DNA of 64,000 nt, taken from positions 128,001 through 192,000 of the forward strand of contig CAVTNB010000002.1 of NCBI GenBank assembly GCA_963736005.1, written 5' to 3'. The stretch comes from an uncultured Pseudomonadota bacterium (lineage in GTDB: Bacteria > Vulcanimicrobiota > Vulcanimicrobiia > Eremiobacterales > Eremiobacteraceae). Positions 10,289 through 19,699 of this stretch are shown piece by piece. Position 1 is the stretch's first letter. Every line of letters begins with the position of its first letter. The position numbers were made by a program, and so were the translations under genes. Under the pieces are notes generated by a model. It was given only the letters and a program-made list of their open reading frames with translations. It had not been told where the DNA came from and did no database searches.

Positions 10289-10885
10289 TTAGCCTGTGGC
10301 TTCTTCCCTAATGCCGAGGATTCTCGACGAGAGCGACGAGCGCGAACGCACGCCGACTTTCCCAAAAATCCGTTTGAGATGATCTTCGACCGTCGTCTCA
10401 GCAAGCACCAAGTGGTCGGCGATGCGGCGGTTTGAATAGCCGCGCAGCACAAGACCGGCAACTTCCGCCTCCCGCGGCGTCAGCGGATAGCTCGCGAGCG
10501 CGCTGCGGACAACGTCTTCCCGGCTCGCCCGCTCGATCAGGAGCATGATGTTCGATTCGTGCTGACTCTCAATAGCGCACGCTCTGACGCACATGTCGTA
10601 TGCGGGCAACATGACCGTGCACGTGTCCGTGCCCACCGAGAGCCGGCTCTCTATATCATCGAGCAAGGCTTGCAATGCGGTAGGCAGCTCGGCGCCGGCC
10701 AAGCGAAACTCTCCGCCAGCAATAACCCGCAGCATCGCGATGCTCGGATGGTTGGCGAAACGAATCTGTCGTGCGCCGTCAACAATGAGCACGCCCGGCA
10801 TCTGCCGGCTGTGCACGCCCTTGGCGGGAGCAACAATGAGCGTCGGGGCGAAGGTTCTAGGTTTGGCCTTCATGGTGGGCTTCAA
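10289..10885 (-). CDS. LuxR-family HTH regulator with PAS-like N-terminus
   Basis: LTPREAEVA.LV.RG.SN..IA..L....TVEDHL.RIF.K.GV.SR; N-terminal VLIVD..RQIRFAN. Confidence 0.85.
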   Translation of the reverse strand: MKPTMKAKPRTFAPTLIVAPAKGVHSRQMPGVLIVDGARQIRFANHPSIAMLRVIAGGEFRLAGAELPTALQALLDDIESRLSVGTDTCTVMLPAYDMCVRACAIESQHESNIMLLIERASREDVVRSALASYPLTPREAEVAGLVLRGYSNRRIADHLVLAETTVEDHLKRIFGKVGVRSRSSLSSRILGIREEATG

Positions 10886-11187
10886 AGTCCTCTGTTCTTG
10901 ATGGCGATGTTACACAGGACCAAAGACCTATACCGCTGTTCGGATCCGTTGGACCCGTTGGTCTGTGGATAGAATGTACTCTGCGGACTGCTATTGTTCC
11001 GCTCGTTCCCTACTCATATTGATTCCCAATTGTGTGAACTTAAGTCTGCTGTCTCAAATAAGAATCCAATTAGAGTTTTATCGGCAGCAGATTGGGAATC
11101 ATAATGTCGCATAGCAATAGTGATACATACGTTCGCTTTGGTCCGGTGGTCCTCAATTCATATGGGCCTTTCCCCTGATTTCAGGGA

Positions 11188-11216
11188 TTACGCAAAAAAA
11201 GTCACTGTGCTATAAG
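11188..11216 (+). promoter_or_regulatory. Candidate sigma70 promoter of the response regulator
   Basis: TTACGC-17 bp-TATAAG with extended -10 TG, in an AT-rich divergent intergenic region. Confidence 0.35.
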
Positions 11217-11280
11217 TACTTTACTGTACTGTAGGGTCAAGGCTGAATTACTCAGTCTCCTCGTGCGCAATTAACTAGGG

Positions 11281-11931
11281 ATGGAGGTACTCATGGCTAC
11301 GGAATTTGTGCGCATCGCGGTGCTGGAGGAGCAAGCGCTCTTTCGTAAGTCACTATGCCAAGTGCTTGCGAAAGACGATCGATTCAAGGTCGTACCAGAA
11401 TGTCTCGAGACAAGCGACGCCCATCGAATCGCAGCGAGCAAACCAGACATCACGCTCTTCGACGTCGATTTTCAAAAGGGTGATCCGGTTGATACTGTCA
11501 AGGCCTTGCGCGAAGGGCATCCCAGCGGCAAGATCTGTTTGCTGTCGATGAATGCGCAGCAAGCATTATTGGAGCGAAGCCTCGTGTACGGTCTCGAAGG
11601 CTACGTGATCAAAGATATCGGTTTGATGGATCTCTCCCGAGCGCTGCTCGCGATCCACACCGGCGACTTTTACGTCGATCCCAGGCTTGCTGGCAGCATG
11701 CTGCGCCGCATGAGCGAGCGGCGCCATAAGGGAGACCCAAGCGAACTCTCCGAGCGCGAGACCGATGTCATCCAACTCATTGCGATTGGACTCTCGAACA
11801 AGCAGATCTCGGAACGGTTGTTCTTGAGCGAGAAGACGGTAAAGAATCACATCAGCCGCATCTTCAGCAAGCTCAATGTCACGGCGCGCACGCAAGCCGC
11901 CATCTACGCCATAAAATCTGGCCTAGCATAA
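11281..11931 (+). CDS. NarL/FixJ-family response regulator (no kinase nearby)
   Basis: Receiver (LEEQ, LFDVD, YVIKD) plus LuxR HTH LSERE..V..LIA.GLSNKQI..RLFLSEKTVKNH. Confidence 0.93.
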   Translation: MEVLMATEFVRIAVLEEQALFRKSLCQVLAKDDRFKVVPECLETSDAHRIAASKPDITLFDVDFQKGDPVDTVKALREGHPSGKICLLSMNAQQALLERSLVYGLEGYVIKDIGLMDLSRALLAIHTGDFYVDPRLAGSMLRRMSERRHKGDPSELSERETDVIQLIAIGLSNKQISERLFLSEKTVKNHISRIFSKLNVTARTQAAIYAIKSGLA

Positions 11932-12979
11932 TAACGCGCGAATGAATTCGCGCCACTACATACCGAACGCGCAAAGAGCCATGTAGCAGCGGACCTTTAG
12001 GTCCGCTCTTTTTTGCGCCGCCGTGGAAAAGGTTCTGAGCGTGCTCGGCATTGGCCAGCGTGTTATCCCCGTAGATTTGCTCGAGCCCGAATGCTTTGGT
12101 GATTCGTTGCGCCGCGGAGAGCTCGTCCGGGGTTATCTGCCTGCGCCAGGCATCGATGGCAGTTCCTTGGGCAAAGAACTGACTGCCGCGTCCTTTGGCC
12201 ATGGTCGAAAGCGAAGGCCGGTGAATTCGTCTGGCGATGGCGTCGTTAAAGGGCCGGCCCGCATAGTCGAAGAGCTTGCGCAATTCTGCCTCCGAACTGC
12301 ACACATTCTCGTAGAAGGCAAGAAACACGTCGCCTCGTTCAAGCTGCGCGAAAGGCACAAGACTCTCCACGCACCAATCGACAAGGTGGCGCTCGAACGG
12401 TGTTTGCGCGCGCGCGATTTCATCGGCGAACGGCGCTAAGAAGTCTTCCATGAGCGCGGGCTGCGCAAAATAGGTGTTGCGCAAGTCGGTTCGAAAGGCC
12501 AGCCGCACGCGGGAGAGCGCCACCGCGCATGGATGCCGGACCAAGTACACGATCGGCATGCGCGGAAAGTGCGCTCGGAACCACTTGAGCATAAGGGTTG
12601 TCCGAACGTCTTTGACGATGCGGCCGCGTGGAAAGGCGCAGCGATTGACGTTGTCAACCCACGTGTTTCGAATTTTCCCTGCGAAGATCGCTCGAGCCGG
12701 CTTGAGGTATCTGGGATCGTCGTTATCGGGGCGCACGTATTGACGGATCAAGAAGTGGTTGCTTTGGGGCACGAGGCCCGCGGTAAACGGCTCGCCGAGA
12801 AATCGGTAAGCGTTATCAGAGTTGAGCACCTCGGCTAGCCAGGTCGTACCACTCCTCGGAGAGCCGGAAATGAAAATGGTTGCATCCGCAGGCGCGAGAT
12901 CCAAATAAAAGGCATGGCTGATCGCGCTCCATGCTTTCCTTGCTCGGGCAGAAATCGTTCCGCGCCAGAAAAAACTCAC
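11879..12979 (-). CDS. Sulfotransferase family protein
   Basis: 5'-PSB loop ISGSPRSGTTWL, LVRHP.AV..S, FYEN; 3' end runs through REPs and is uncertain. Confidence 0.85.
   Translation of the reverse strand: MSFFWRGTISARARKAWSAISHAFYLDLAPADATIFISGSPRSGTTWLAEVLNSDNAYRFLGEPFTAGLVPQSNHFLIRQYVRPDNDDPRYLKPARAIFAGKIRNTWVDNVNRCAFPRGRIVKDVRTTLMLKWFRAHFPRMPIVYLVRHPCAVALSRVRLAFRTDLRNTYFAQPALMEDFLAPFADEIARAQTPFERHLVDWCVESLVPFAQLERGDVFLAFYENVCSSEAELRKLFDYAGRPFNDAIARRIHRPSLSTMAKGRGSQFFAQGTAIDAWRRQITPDELSAAQRITKAFGLEQIYGDNTLANAEHAQNLFHGGAKKSGPKGPLLHGSLRVRYVVARIHSRVIMLGQILWRRWRLACAP
11936..12014. repeat. Pair of REP-like hairpins (class B minus, class A plus), the second followed by a T-tract
   Basis: GCGCGAATGAATTCGCGCCACTACAT then ATGTAGCAGCGGACCTTTAGGTCCGCTCTTTTTT; plausible intrinsic terminator. 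Confidence 0.8.
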
Positions 12980-13003
12980 GCTAGGCCCGTATACCTCGCC
13001 TCT

Positions 13004-13105
13004 ATGTAGTCGCGCGTAATTTATTCGCGCGTTGTCGCCAATAAATTGGCGACACTACATTCTTCCATAGGCCCGTCATGTAGTCGCGCGAATTTTATTC
13101 GCGCG
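13004..13105. repeat. Cluster of three class B REP-like hairpins (+,-,+)
   Basis: 13004-13031, 13034-13060 (minus, arms GTCGCCAA/TTGGCGAC), 13078-13105. Confidence 0.85.
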
Positions 13106-13984
13106 TTACGTTGCCTCGTACGCTTCGCGCAAATAGCGAGGCAAGCTGAAGATCCGTCGATGCGATTCGGCATCGTAGAATTTCAAACCGCGGCAGGCGC
13201 GCGCATGTGCCTGCGCCGCCTGGGCGGCCTCCTCGGTGCCCATGTCAATCGTTCCCCCGCACAGCGCGAACCCCCACTCGGTATCGAACGCAGGTACGTA
13301 CGCCGCGTACGGGTAGACCGCGCTGAAAATGTCGTCGAGCCGGGCAATCATGCGCGCATGCAGGTGGTAGTTGTGAGGCCCTGCCATGGAGGCTTGCAAT
13401 GCGTAGGCGCCGCGCTTACTCAAGCGCGCGCGAATCGCGGAGTACATTTCGGGGGTATGCAGACCAGCCGAAGGGGAGTCTTCGAGAGGCTCGGTGAGAT
13501 CGCCGATGATGACGTCGAACTGCTCCCGCGACGAGAACACATACTCTTTCGCGTCGCCGATGACAATCTCGGCGCGCGGATCCTCAAACGCGCCTGCGCT
13601 CCACTCGGGAAGGTACCTGCGGCACACCTCGACCACTTCGTCGTCAATGTCCACCATCGTAACCTTGCGCATGGAAGGAACCCGAAGCAGCTCGCGCAGC
13701 GTCGCGCCTTCCCCGCCACCCAGGATCAGCGCACGCTCCGGAGTGCCTCCGGATGCCACGCAGGCTGGATGAACGAGCGACTCATGGTAGATGTGCTCGT
13801 CGAGCGCCGAGCTTTGCGTGTCGCCGTCGAGCACGAGCATCTTGCCAAAGAGAGAACTGACCACAACTGCGTAGTCTTGAAATTTCGATCGACCAGAGGT
13901 GAGGTGCGTGGTGACAGCGTGCCCGTGAATCTCTCCAGGGGCTACTTGCTCAACGTACCACTGAAAGTTTTCGGTTTTTGGCAC
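13106..13984 (-). CDS. speE: Polyamine aminopropyltransferase
   Basis: S.FQ, GKMLVLDG..QS...DE.IYHESLVHP, LILGGGEGATLRE, VDID, FDVIIGD; GTG start at 13984. Confidence 0.93.
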   Translation of the reverse strand: MPKTENFQWYVEQVAPGEIHGHAVTTHLTSGRSKFQDYAVVVSSLFGKMLVLDGDTQSSALDEHIYHESLVHPACVASGGTPERALILGGGEGATLRELLRVPSMRKVTMVDIDDEVVEVCRRYLPEWSAGAFEDPRAEIVIGDAKEYVFSSREQFDVIIGDLTEPLEDSPSAGLHTPEMYSAIRARLSKRGAYALQASMAGPHNYHLHARMIARLDDIFSAVYPYAAYVPAFDTEWGFALCGGTIDMGTEEAAQAAQAHARACRGLKFYDAESHRRIFSLPRYLREAYEAT

Positions 13985-14387
13985 CGGTCGCAATCCCGTT
14001 CGAGCGCTTGCCGACGATGTGGCTAAAGACGCCATCTTCATCCGGCATACCCCGGCGCACTTCTGTCGTGAGCATCTGCTTGGCCTGGAACTCGGCGGCT
14101 GCCAGGCGGCAGGCCTTCCAGGGATCGGTCTTGTCGCCACACGTGTAGATGTCCATGGCCGCATAGCCATACTCCGGCCACGTGTGGATCGAAAGATGGG
14201 ATTCGGCAATCACGACAACACCGCTCACGCCTTGGGGCGAGAAGCGGTGAAAAGCTGTTTGTAGGACCTCTGCGTTTGCGGCCTTTGCCGCCGCCACCAG
14301 TATGCTGGCTACTTGGTCAACGTCACTAAGAATTCTCGCGTTGCATTCTGACAGTTCCACAATGATGTGCGTACCAAGTGCTTTCAA
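13950..14387 (-). CDS. speD: S-adenosylmethionine decarboxylase proenzyme
   Basis: LGTHIIVEL, FSPQGVSGVVVIAESHLSIHTWPE..YAA.D.YTCG; TTG start after G-rich RBS. Confidence 0.95.
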   Translation of the reverse strand: MKALGTHIIVELSECNARILSDVDQVASILVAAAKAANAEVLQTAFHRFSPQGVSGVVVIAESHLSIHTWPEYGYAAMDIYTCGDKTDPWKACRLAAAEFQAKQMLTTEVRRGMPDEDGVFSHIVGKRSNGIATGAKNRKLSVVR

Positions 14388-14570
14388 CCATCCAGCCCCC
14401 CTGCGACGAAGTGGGGAGATCCGACCTCCAATTCCGCGGAAAAGGCACGCTGTAAAAAGCGTACCGATGCTAAATATTAGGGCATTTGCGCGGCTTTGTA
14501 AATACTTTGCGCATACCAATGTAAGGTTTCTCTGCCGGGACAGCCAAAACAGGGCCTCTACCACACCCAA

Positions 14571-14597
14571 GGCGCGAAGAAATTCGCGCCGCTACAT
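14571..14597 (-). repeat. Class B REP-like hairpin upstream of rplU
   Basis: Minus strand ATGTAGCGGCGCGAATTTCTTCGCGCC. Confidence 0.75.
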
Positions 14598-14613
14598 CCC
14601 CGAAAGGCATCCC

Positions 14614-14928
14614 ATGTTTGCGGTCATCGAAGCCAACGGCAGGCAGCTCAAGGTTAAGGAAGGCGACGTCGTGCGCCTCGACAGCGTCGAGGGCGACGCC
14701 GGCCAGGAGGTCTTCTTTGAGCGAGTCCTCTTTGCCCATAACGGCAAAGATTTTGTCGTTGGCTCGCCGCTCGTCGGCAAAGCCAAGGTCACCGCTCGTG
14801 TCATTCGACAAGGCAAAGGGCCGAAGATCATCGCTTTCCGCTATAAGCCCAAAAAGCGCGTGAGAAGGCGCTACGGCCACCGCCAACCCATTACCGAACT
14901 GCGCATTGAGAAGATCGCGCTCCCCTAA
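14614..14928 (+). CDS. rplU: 50S ribosomal protein L21
   Basis: MFAVIE..GRQLKV.EGD...KI..FRYKPKK...RYGHRQP.T.LRI. Confidence 0.97.
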   Translation: MFAVIEANGRQLKVKEGDVVRLDSVEGDAGQEVFFERVLFAHNGKDFVVGSPLVGKAKVTARVIRQGKGPKIIAFRYKPKKRVRRRYGHRQPITELRIEKIALP

Positions 14929-15286
14929 AGGTGGCCTCGAGTTTGTCTACGAGCGGCGCAAAGGCGCGGTCGTCGGCTTCGCCGTCCGAGGGCATGCCGG
15001 TTTTGCATCCGCCGGTCGCGATATCGTCTGCGCGGCCATTAGCGCTCTCATCCTGTCGGCGGCAAAGGGCCTGCGCGAGCACTGTGGTGCAAGGCCGGCA
15101 ATTTCCGACACGTCTGCGCGATACGCGCTCCTCTTGGCCGGCGGGGGCGGCACGCGCGCACAGGCGGTGTTGGAAACCATGATTTCCGGGCTGGAGGCGA
15201 TCGCCCGGTCGTATCCTGGGTATTTGCACATGCAACAGGGTAACGTCGCGGCCACAGGGCCGCGGTCCAGTCGCGCGAAAACCTAA
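14906..15286 (+). CDS. prp: Ribosomal-processing cysteine protease Prp (YsxB); start uncertain
   Basis: GHAGF...G.DIVCAAISAL motif, directly after rplU. Confidence 0.9.
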   Translation: MRRSRSPKGGLEFVYERRKGAVVGFAVRGHAGFASAGRDIVCAAISALILSAAKGLREHCGARPAISDTSARYALLLAGGGGTRAQAVLETMISGLEAIARSYPGYLHMQQGNVAATGPRSSRAKT

Positions 15287-15312
15287 TGTAGCCGCGTGAA
15301 TTTATTCACGCG
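15286..15312 (+). repeat. Class B REP-like hairpin variant
   Basis: ATGTAGCCGCGTGAATTTATTCACGCG. Confidence 0.8.
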
Positions 15313-15341
15313 AAGTCGAAACGACCCCACTAGGAGCAACC

Positions 15342-15578
15342 ATGGCAACCATTACCGACCTCAACGCCACCTATGCTGACGAATCCGGCCGAAGAAATCA
15401 CACTGAGGTCGAGCTCCGTAAGACCTTGCTCGCCGGGGTGATCGGAGCTGTGGTTGGGGCAGCAGGCTACTTCATTTACTCGCGGCTCGAAGATGAGCAA
15501 AAGGATGCGCTCCGTCAATCTGTGGGCAAATTCGTAGAAGACAAGATTGCGGACGTGCGCTCCCAACTCAAGTTCTAG
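15342..15578 (+). CDS. Small single-TM hypothetical protein (YtxH-like)
   Basis: AGGAG RBS; LLAGVIGAVVGAAGY followed by amphipathic helix. Confidence 0.7.
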   Translation: MATITDLNATYADESGRRNHTEVELRKTLLAGVIGAVVGAAGYFIYSRLEDEQKDALRQSVGKFVEDKIADVRSQLKF

Positions 15579-15604
15579 TGTAGCAGCGGACCTTTAGGTC
15601 CGCT
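15579..15604 (+). repeat. Class A REP-like hairpin
   Basis: TGTAGCAGCGGACCTTTAGGTCCGCT directly after stop codon. Confidence 0.85.
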
Positions 15605-15646
15605 CCGTTGGGTTAATTTTCTCGATTGAACTCCGATGTTTCTAGC

Positions 15647-16237
15647 ATGCACCGATTCGTCCGTGCGATAGCGTTTGGTACCCTCGCGGCACTCATCGTC
15701 GGATTCGCAGGCTTGCGGCCGGCAGCGGCGTACAGCGCGCACCAAAAGGTCCCCAATGAAGAAGCGATGCGCGTCTACGTCTCTGCGATTCGCTACTTTA
15801 ATGCGGGCATTGACGAAGACGAAGCCCGACGCATCGTCGCCGCAATCGTGCGCGACTCAATGGACGCGGGCATAGATCCGCGCCTCGTTGTCGCCGTGGT
15901 TGCAACCGAGAGCGCCTTCGATCGCACCGCCCGCAGTTCAGCCGGCGCGCGCGGTCTCGGTCAGCTGATGCCGGAGACGGCGGCCGACGACGATGTGACG
16001 AACCTTGAGGACATCAATCAGAATATTCACGGCACGGTCATGACGCTCAAAGGCAACCTCGACCACTACGCCCACTACGACATGCAGCACCAATACGTGT
16101 ACGCGATTGCCGCGTACAACGCCGGCACCGGCGCGGTCGATGAATACCACGGCGTGCCGCCGTATGACGAAACCATCCACTACGTATCCAAGGTGATTGG
16201 GTTGTGGCGGCGCTTCTACGGTTTGTCCTCTAGCTGA
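15647..16237 (+). CDS. Lytic transglycosylase (SLT domain), secreted
   Basis: AVVATESAF...A.S.AGARGLGQLMP.T, AAYNAG.GAV, PPY.ET..YV. Confidence 0.92.
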   Translation: MHRFVRAIAFGTLAALIVGFAGLRPAAAYSAHQKVPNEEAMRVYVSAIRYFNAGIDEDEARRIVAAIVRDSMDAGIDPRLVVAVVATESAFDRTARSSAGARGLGQLMPETAADDDVTNLEDINQNIHGTVMTLKGNLDHYAHYDMQHQYVYAIAAYNAGTGAVDEYHGVPPYDETIHYVSKVIGLWRRFYGLSSS

Positions 16238-16481
16238 GGCAGCGCAGACTCCTCGGTTTTTTCTGCGGCAACTCTTCGCGCGGCGCTATCGGCTCGACTG
16301 AAATCGGCGCTGTTCTCGGGGCGTCTGCGGCTCGCTCCATTTCTTGCATAAACGAATGCGTCGTCGTTTGGATGTGGCGCATTGCTTCGCCGAGCTGACG
16401 AGCCAGCTTGGGGAGCTGTTCGGGGCCGAACAGCAACAACGCGAGCAAGAAAACAATGGCGGTGTCGGATGGGCTGAGCAT
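16230..16481 (-). CDS. TatA/TatB family twin-arginine translocase subunit
   Basis: LALLLFGPEQLPKLARQLG. Confidence 0.85.
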   Translation of the reverse strand: MLSPSDTAIVFLLALLLFGPEQLPKLARQLGEAMRHIQTTTHSFMQEMERAADAPRTAPISVEPIAPREELPQKKPRSLRCLS

Positions 16482-16549
16482 ACGCTACGAGCCTATTTCC
16501 GCGGGGCCGTGCGGGTAATCTTTTTTCCGGTCCCGAAATTCTCTCACTC

Positions 16550-17032
16550 TTGAAGATTTACTATACGAAGAGCCAACGGGAAGAGCCGGTTGGGACTTTG
16601 ACCACCCTCAAAAAGGTGTTGTCGCGTTTTGTGCATCATCGGGTTTTTTACGAGATGTCGGCGCGCCACCGCGCCAGTCACCAGCTCTATTCCGTCAAGA
16701 ACACGTTCACCGTCGAACGGTTTGAAATCGAAGGGCAAAACGAGCTCCTCATTACGCTCTTCGATGCGCACAATCCAGCGCATTCAGTTGAGATCGTCAA
16801 TCCGCACGCCTTGCGCATCTACGACGAGAATCCAGCCAAGGGGTTCGCTGTCGTCTTCTACGCGGATGAGGCTGGAGATTTTGAAGTCCGTTATTACCTG
16901 CGCGATGAAGGCGAAGACGAAACCTCACCCAAGCGCACGGCACTCGAGCACATCACGCTGCCGCAGTTGATGGAATATCTGCACGAAAGTCTCAATGCTG
17001 ATGTGGTCGAAGTGGGAGAGCAAAAGCGCTAG
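16550..17032 (+). CDS. Hypothetical protein
   Basis: 160-aa ORF with natural composition filling the intergenic space; no family recognised. Confidence 0.65.
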   Translation: MKIYYTKSQREEPVGTLTTLKKVLSRFVHHRVFYEMSARHRASHQLYSVKNTFTVERFEIEGQNELLITLFDAHNPAHSVEIVNPHALRIYDENPAKGFAVVFYADEAGDFEVRYYLRDEGEDETSPKRTALEHITLPQLMEYLHESLNADVVEVGEQKR

Positions 17033-18702
17033 GACATCCCGAGCCGCTTTTTCCACGCTTGAATCGTCGTGGCGGGAACGCCCGCCCGCCGGGCAACGGC
17101 GCCGACACTGCCGGTAAAAAGACCAGCGATTGCCCGCGGCTCGAAAACATCTCTGAGCACGTCGACCACGCACAGACCCTGCGATGATGCGACCGTGTGG
17201 ATCCCGCGATCGTACCTTCCTTTGGGAGGGCGAATTGCGCCCACCACCGTTTCTTTGAAGTCGGTTTCTGACAGCACATCCACCCGATTGATTCTTACGA
17301 GCCCGCCATAAACGCGAGCGCAGTCCTGCGCCGGTCGATAGAGTTGGCCGTTGCTGGAGAAAAAGGGACCCGCAGGCCCAGACGAACGGACATCGATCTT
17401 CACCGGATTTCTTGGGTGTGGCTTCCATGGTCCAAACAAATCGTCGCTGGACCAGATGTACAAATGCGAATGGTAGCCTTCGTCGAGATTGGTGCAAAAA
17501 AGCCACCATCGATTTTGGAACTGCAGCACCGTGCTGTCGACGGCGGCGAAGTCTTCGAGCAGCGTGTGCACGTTTTCCCAACGGTATGGAAAGTCGATGG
17601 CCTTGTAAAGACAAACTTTCTTTTGGTCAACCGATTCTGGCAAACAATAGACGGAGCCATCCCACTCGAACACTTGCGGGTACGAGAGGTGGTAGGGTTC
17701 TTCGATCACCGTGGTCAGGCGGCGAACACCTGGGGTCTCCCATTCGCAGACCGCGATCACGCCGCGACTGTCTTTGTACTGATAGAGCTCGCAGAAGACG
17801 AACGCTTTGCCCGCACGGTGAATGACAAATGGATCCGCGACAAACCGGCCCCGTTCATAAGGAAGGATCTCAGAAACGCCGGCCTGAGCCTCCGTGCCCA
17901 CAAAATCAGCCGGGGAAGCGTCGAGCACTCCAATGGTCCAGTCAGGCAAGGAGAAGCGCTGCTGGAACTGTTGCTTGGCACGGTTCTTGCGCGCGCGCGC
18001 GCGAACCGACCGGCACTGCGCGCCCGTTGGAAATCCGTAGGTCGCCGGCGCTTTTGGCTGAGGCGCCTCTGCAAAGTACGAGGCGAGTCCGGCGCTCAGA
18101 TCTCGACACACGTGCGTCGGCCACATTGCCAGCTCGTTCAGCATAAAGTCAGCATTACGTTCGAACGACGTCCGTACCGTTCTCAAGTAACCGGCCTTGA
18201 GCACGATGCCCATGACGTCAGCACTGGTCAGCGCCAGCAGCGCGGCACCGGTGACGTCGTGATCGTAGTAGAGCTCCCAAAACCCCGCGAGCGGGCTTTC
18301 AAATTTCGTTATATCGCCGTGCGAAAACATCCACACGCCAAATTTCGGGGTGGTCGAAATTTGCAAACCCAGCTGCCGTGGACCAAAGCAGAGAACAAAA
18401 TCCAGGGCGGAGGTTTGCAGTGCATGCATCTGGGGAGCGGCAAAGCTGGACCCAGAGACTTCCATAGAAACCGCTTCGGGATACTCGGCTATCAGGTCGC
18501 GAAGAGGCTCCTGTGCCAAGGAGAGCGCGCCCCGAGCGAAGCGATCGAACGCTTCGCGCTGTTGGCGCTCTTGCGGGCTTGTTGTGGCATCGATGATGCA
18601 TCGCAGTTGTGACAAGCCAGACTCATCGATCTTTTTGATGCAAGCACGTTGCCACGCTGCCAGTACGCCGTCAGCGGTCAGAATCCCATACGTGAAAGGC
18701 AC
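17029..18702 (-). CDS. Protein with GH43-like beta-propeller (glucosamine inositolphosphorylceramide transferase N-terminal type) domain
   Basis: ADPF, HLSYP, W.PHPRNPV, PAG, LYRPAQDC..YG, GIHT. Confidence 0.7.
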   Translation of the reverse strand: MPFTYGILTADGVLAAWQRACIKKIDESGLSQLRCIIDATTSPQERQQREAFDRFARGALSLAQEPLRDLIAEYPEAVSMEVSGSSFAAPQMHALQTSALDFVLCFGPRQLGLQISTTPKFGVWMFSHGDITKFESPLAGFWELYYDHDVTGAALLALTSADVMGIVLKAGYLRTVRTSFERNADFMLNELAMWPTHVCRDLSAGLASYFAEAPQPKAPATYGFPTGAQCRSVRARARKNRAKQQFQQRFSLPDWTIGVLDASPADFVGTEAQAGVSEILPYERGRFVADPFVIHRAGKAFVFCELYQYKDSRGVIAVCEWETPGVRRLTTVIEEPYHLSYPQVFEWDGSVYCLPESVDQKKVCLYKAIDFPYRWENVHTLLEDFAAVDSTVLQFQNRWWLFCTNLDEGYHSHLYIWSSDDLFGPWKPHPRNPVKIDVRSSGPAGPFFSSNGQLYRPAQDCARVYGGLVRINRVDVLSETDFKETVVGAIRPPKGRYDRGIHTVASSQGLCVVDVLRDVFEPRAIAGLFTGSVGAVARRAGVPATTIQAWKKRLGMS

Positions 18703-18711
18703 GTGCTTGCC

Positions 18712-19686
18712 TCAGGCCCGCTTGGGCGCTAAGCGGCGCAACGCCTGAACGGCTTTAAACCTCGTGCTTCGGTGTCCAACGATGTCATAGGGCATCGTGG
18801 TGGCGCCGAGAGCGCGTTTGAATCTGAGCACGCCCTCTAGGTTCGAACTTGAATTGAGGTTATACCAGCGCACGCCACGCCGAGCAGCATGCTCGATGAT
18901 CGTCGCGTGCAGAAGATTGTGCGGCCGCAAAATTTCCATGCCGGGTTTGCTTGCCGTGGTCCACAAAGAGACCTCTTGACTGCCATACAGCGCAACCCCG
19001 CCAGCGATGGCCGCTCCTTCGTAGCGCACGATCCACATCTCGACGTCGGCGCCACCTAGGGCGCACACCTCGCGCAAGAAGTCTTCTCGGATGGTTGGTG
19101 CCTCCCGGTGCCAGCGTTGCGTCGCTGCCTCCTGCAGCAATCCGTAATAGAGGGGCAGAGCCTCCGCACACGGCTCGATGGAGCACGAAGCGCCCTTTCG
19201 CAGCGCCTGGCCTGCCATGCGCCGGCTCTTCGGTGCGATTCGTGAGAGCGCCGCCTCGACGCCACCGGATATGTCCATGGCTGAGGTCTCGGCCGCAATT
19301 CGAACATCTATCGCGGGCAAGCGCGGCGCGCCAAAGGGCCACAGATTGAGCAGCACCTCATCACCAAGCATCATGAGCTCTTTGAGAACCCCTGTTGCCA
19401 CCTCGGCAGCCAACCCCTCGCCCTTGGGCGTCAGCAGCGCTGTGTAGCCGTCAAACGGCATGCCATGGAGGATCTTCCATCCCAGCCGGCTGCGCACGCT
19501 CACCAGGGGCACGAACGCCTCGCTGCCGCCATCCAGCTGACAGCGCAGCGGCCATGGCGTCAAGTCCGGGAAGATTCGCCCAATGGCCATGGCCCACGCA
19601 GGTTTGGCAAAAAAGGTCGGAGCCTGCGCCGTGCGATCGAGCGCGAGCCACTCATCTGTCGACAAACGCTCAAAGCGAAGCTTCAT
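18712..19686 (-). CDS. GNAT-family (FemAB/CelD-like) acyltransferase
   Basis: TFF..PAW, PFDGY, RPHNLL..IIE.A..RG..WYNL, GVLRFK..LGA. Confidence 0.75.
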   Translation of the reverse strand: MKLRFERLSTDEWLALDRTAQAPTFFAKPAWAMAIGRIFPDLTPWPLRCQLDGGSEAFVPLVSVRSRLGWKILHGMPFDGYTALLTPKGEGLAAEVATGVLKELMMLGDEVLLNLWPFGAPRLPAIDVRIAAETSAMDISGGVEAALSRIAPKSRRMAGQALRKGASCSIEPCAEALPLYYGLLQEAATQRWHREAPTIREDFLREVCALGGADVEMWIVRYEGAAIAGGVALYGSQEVSLWTTASKPGMEILRPHNLLHATIIEHAARRGVRWYNLNSSSNLEGVLRFKRALGATTMPYDIVGHRSTRFKAVQALRRLAPKRA

Positions 19687-19699
19687 GATCTCCCCGGTG

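Noticed and set aside
17344..18612. Long opposite-strand ORFs (e.g. 17344-18612, 13046-14026, 4438-5172)
   Set aside because: They overlap well-supported genes and lack motifs; typical of GC-rich DNA
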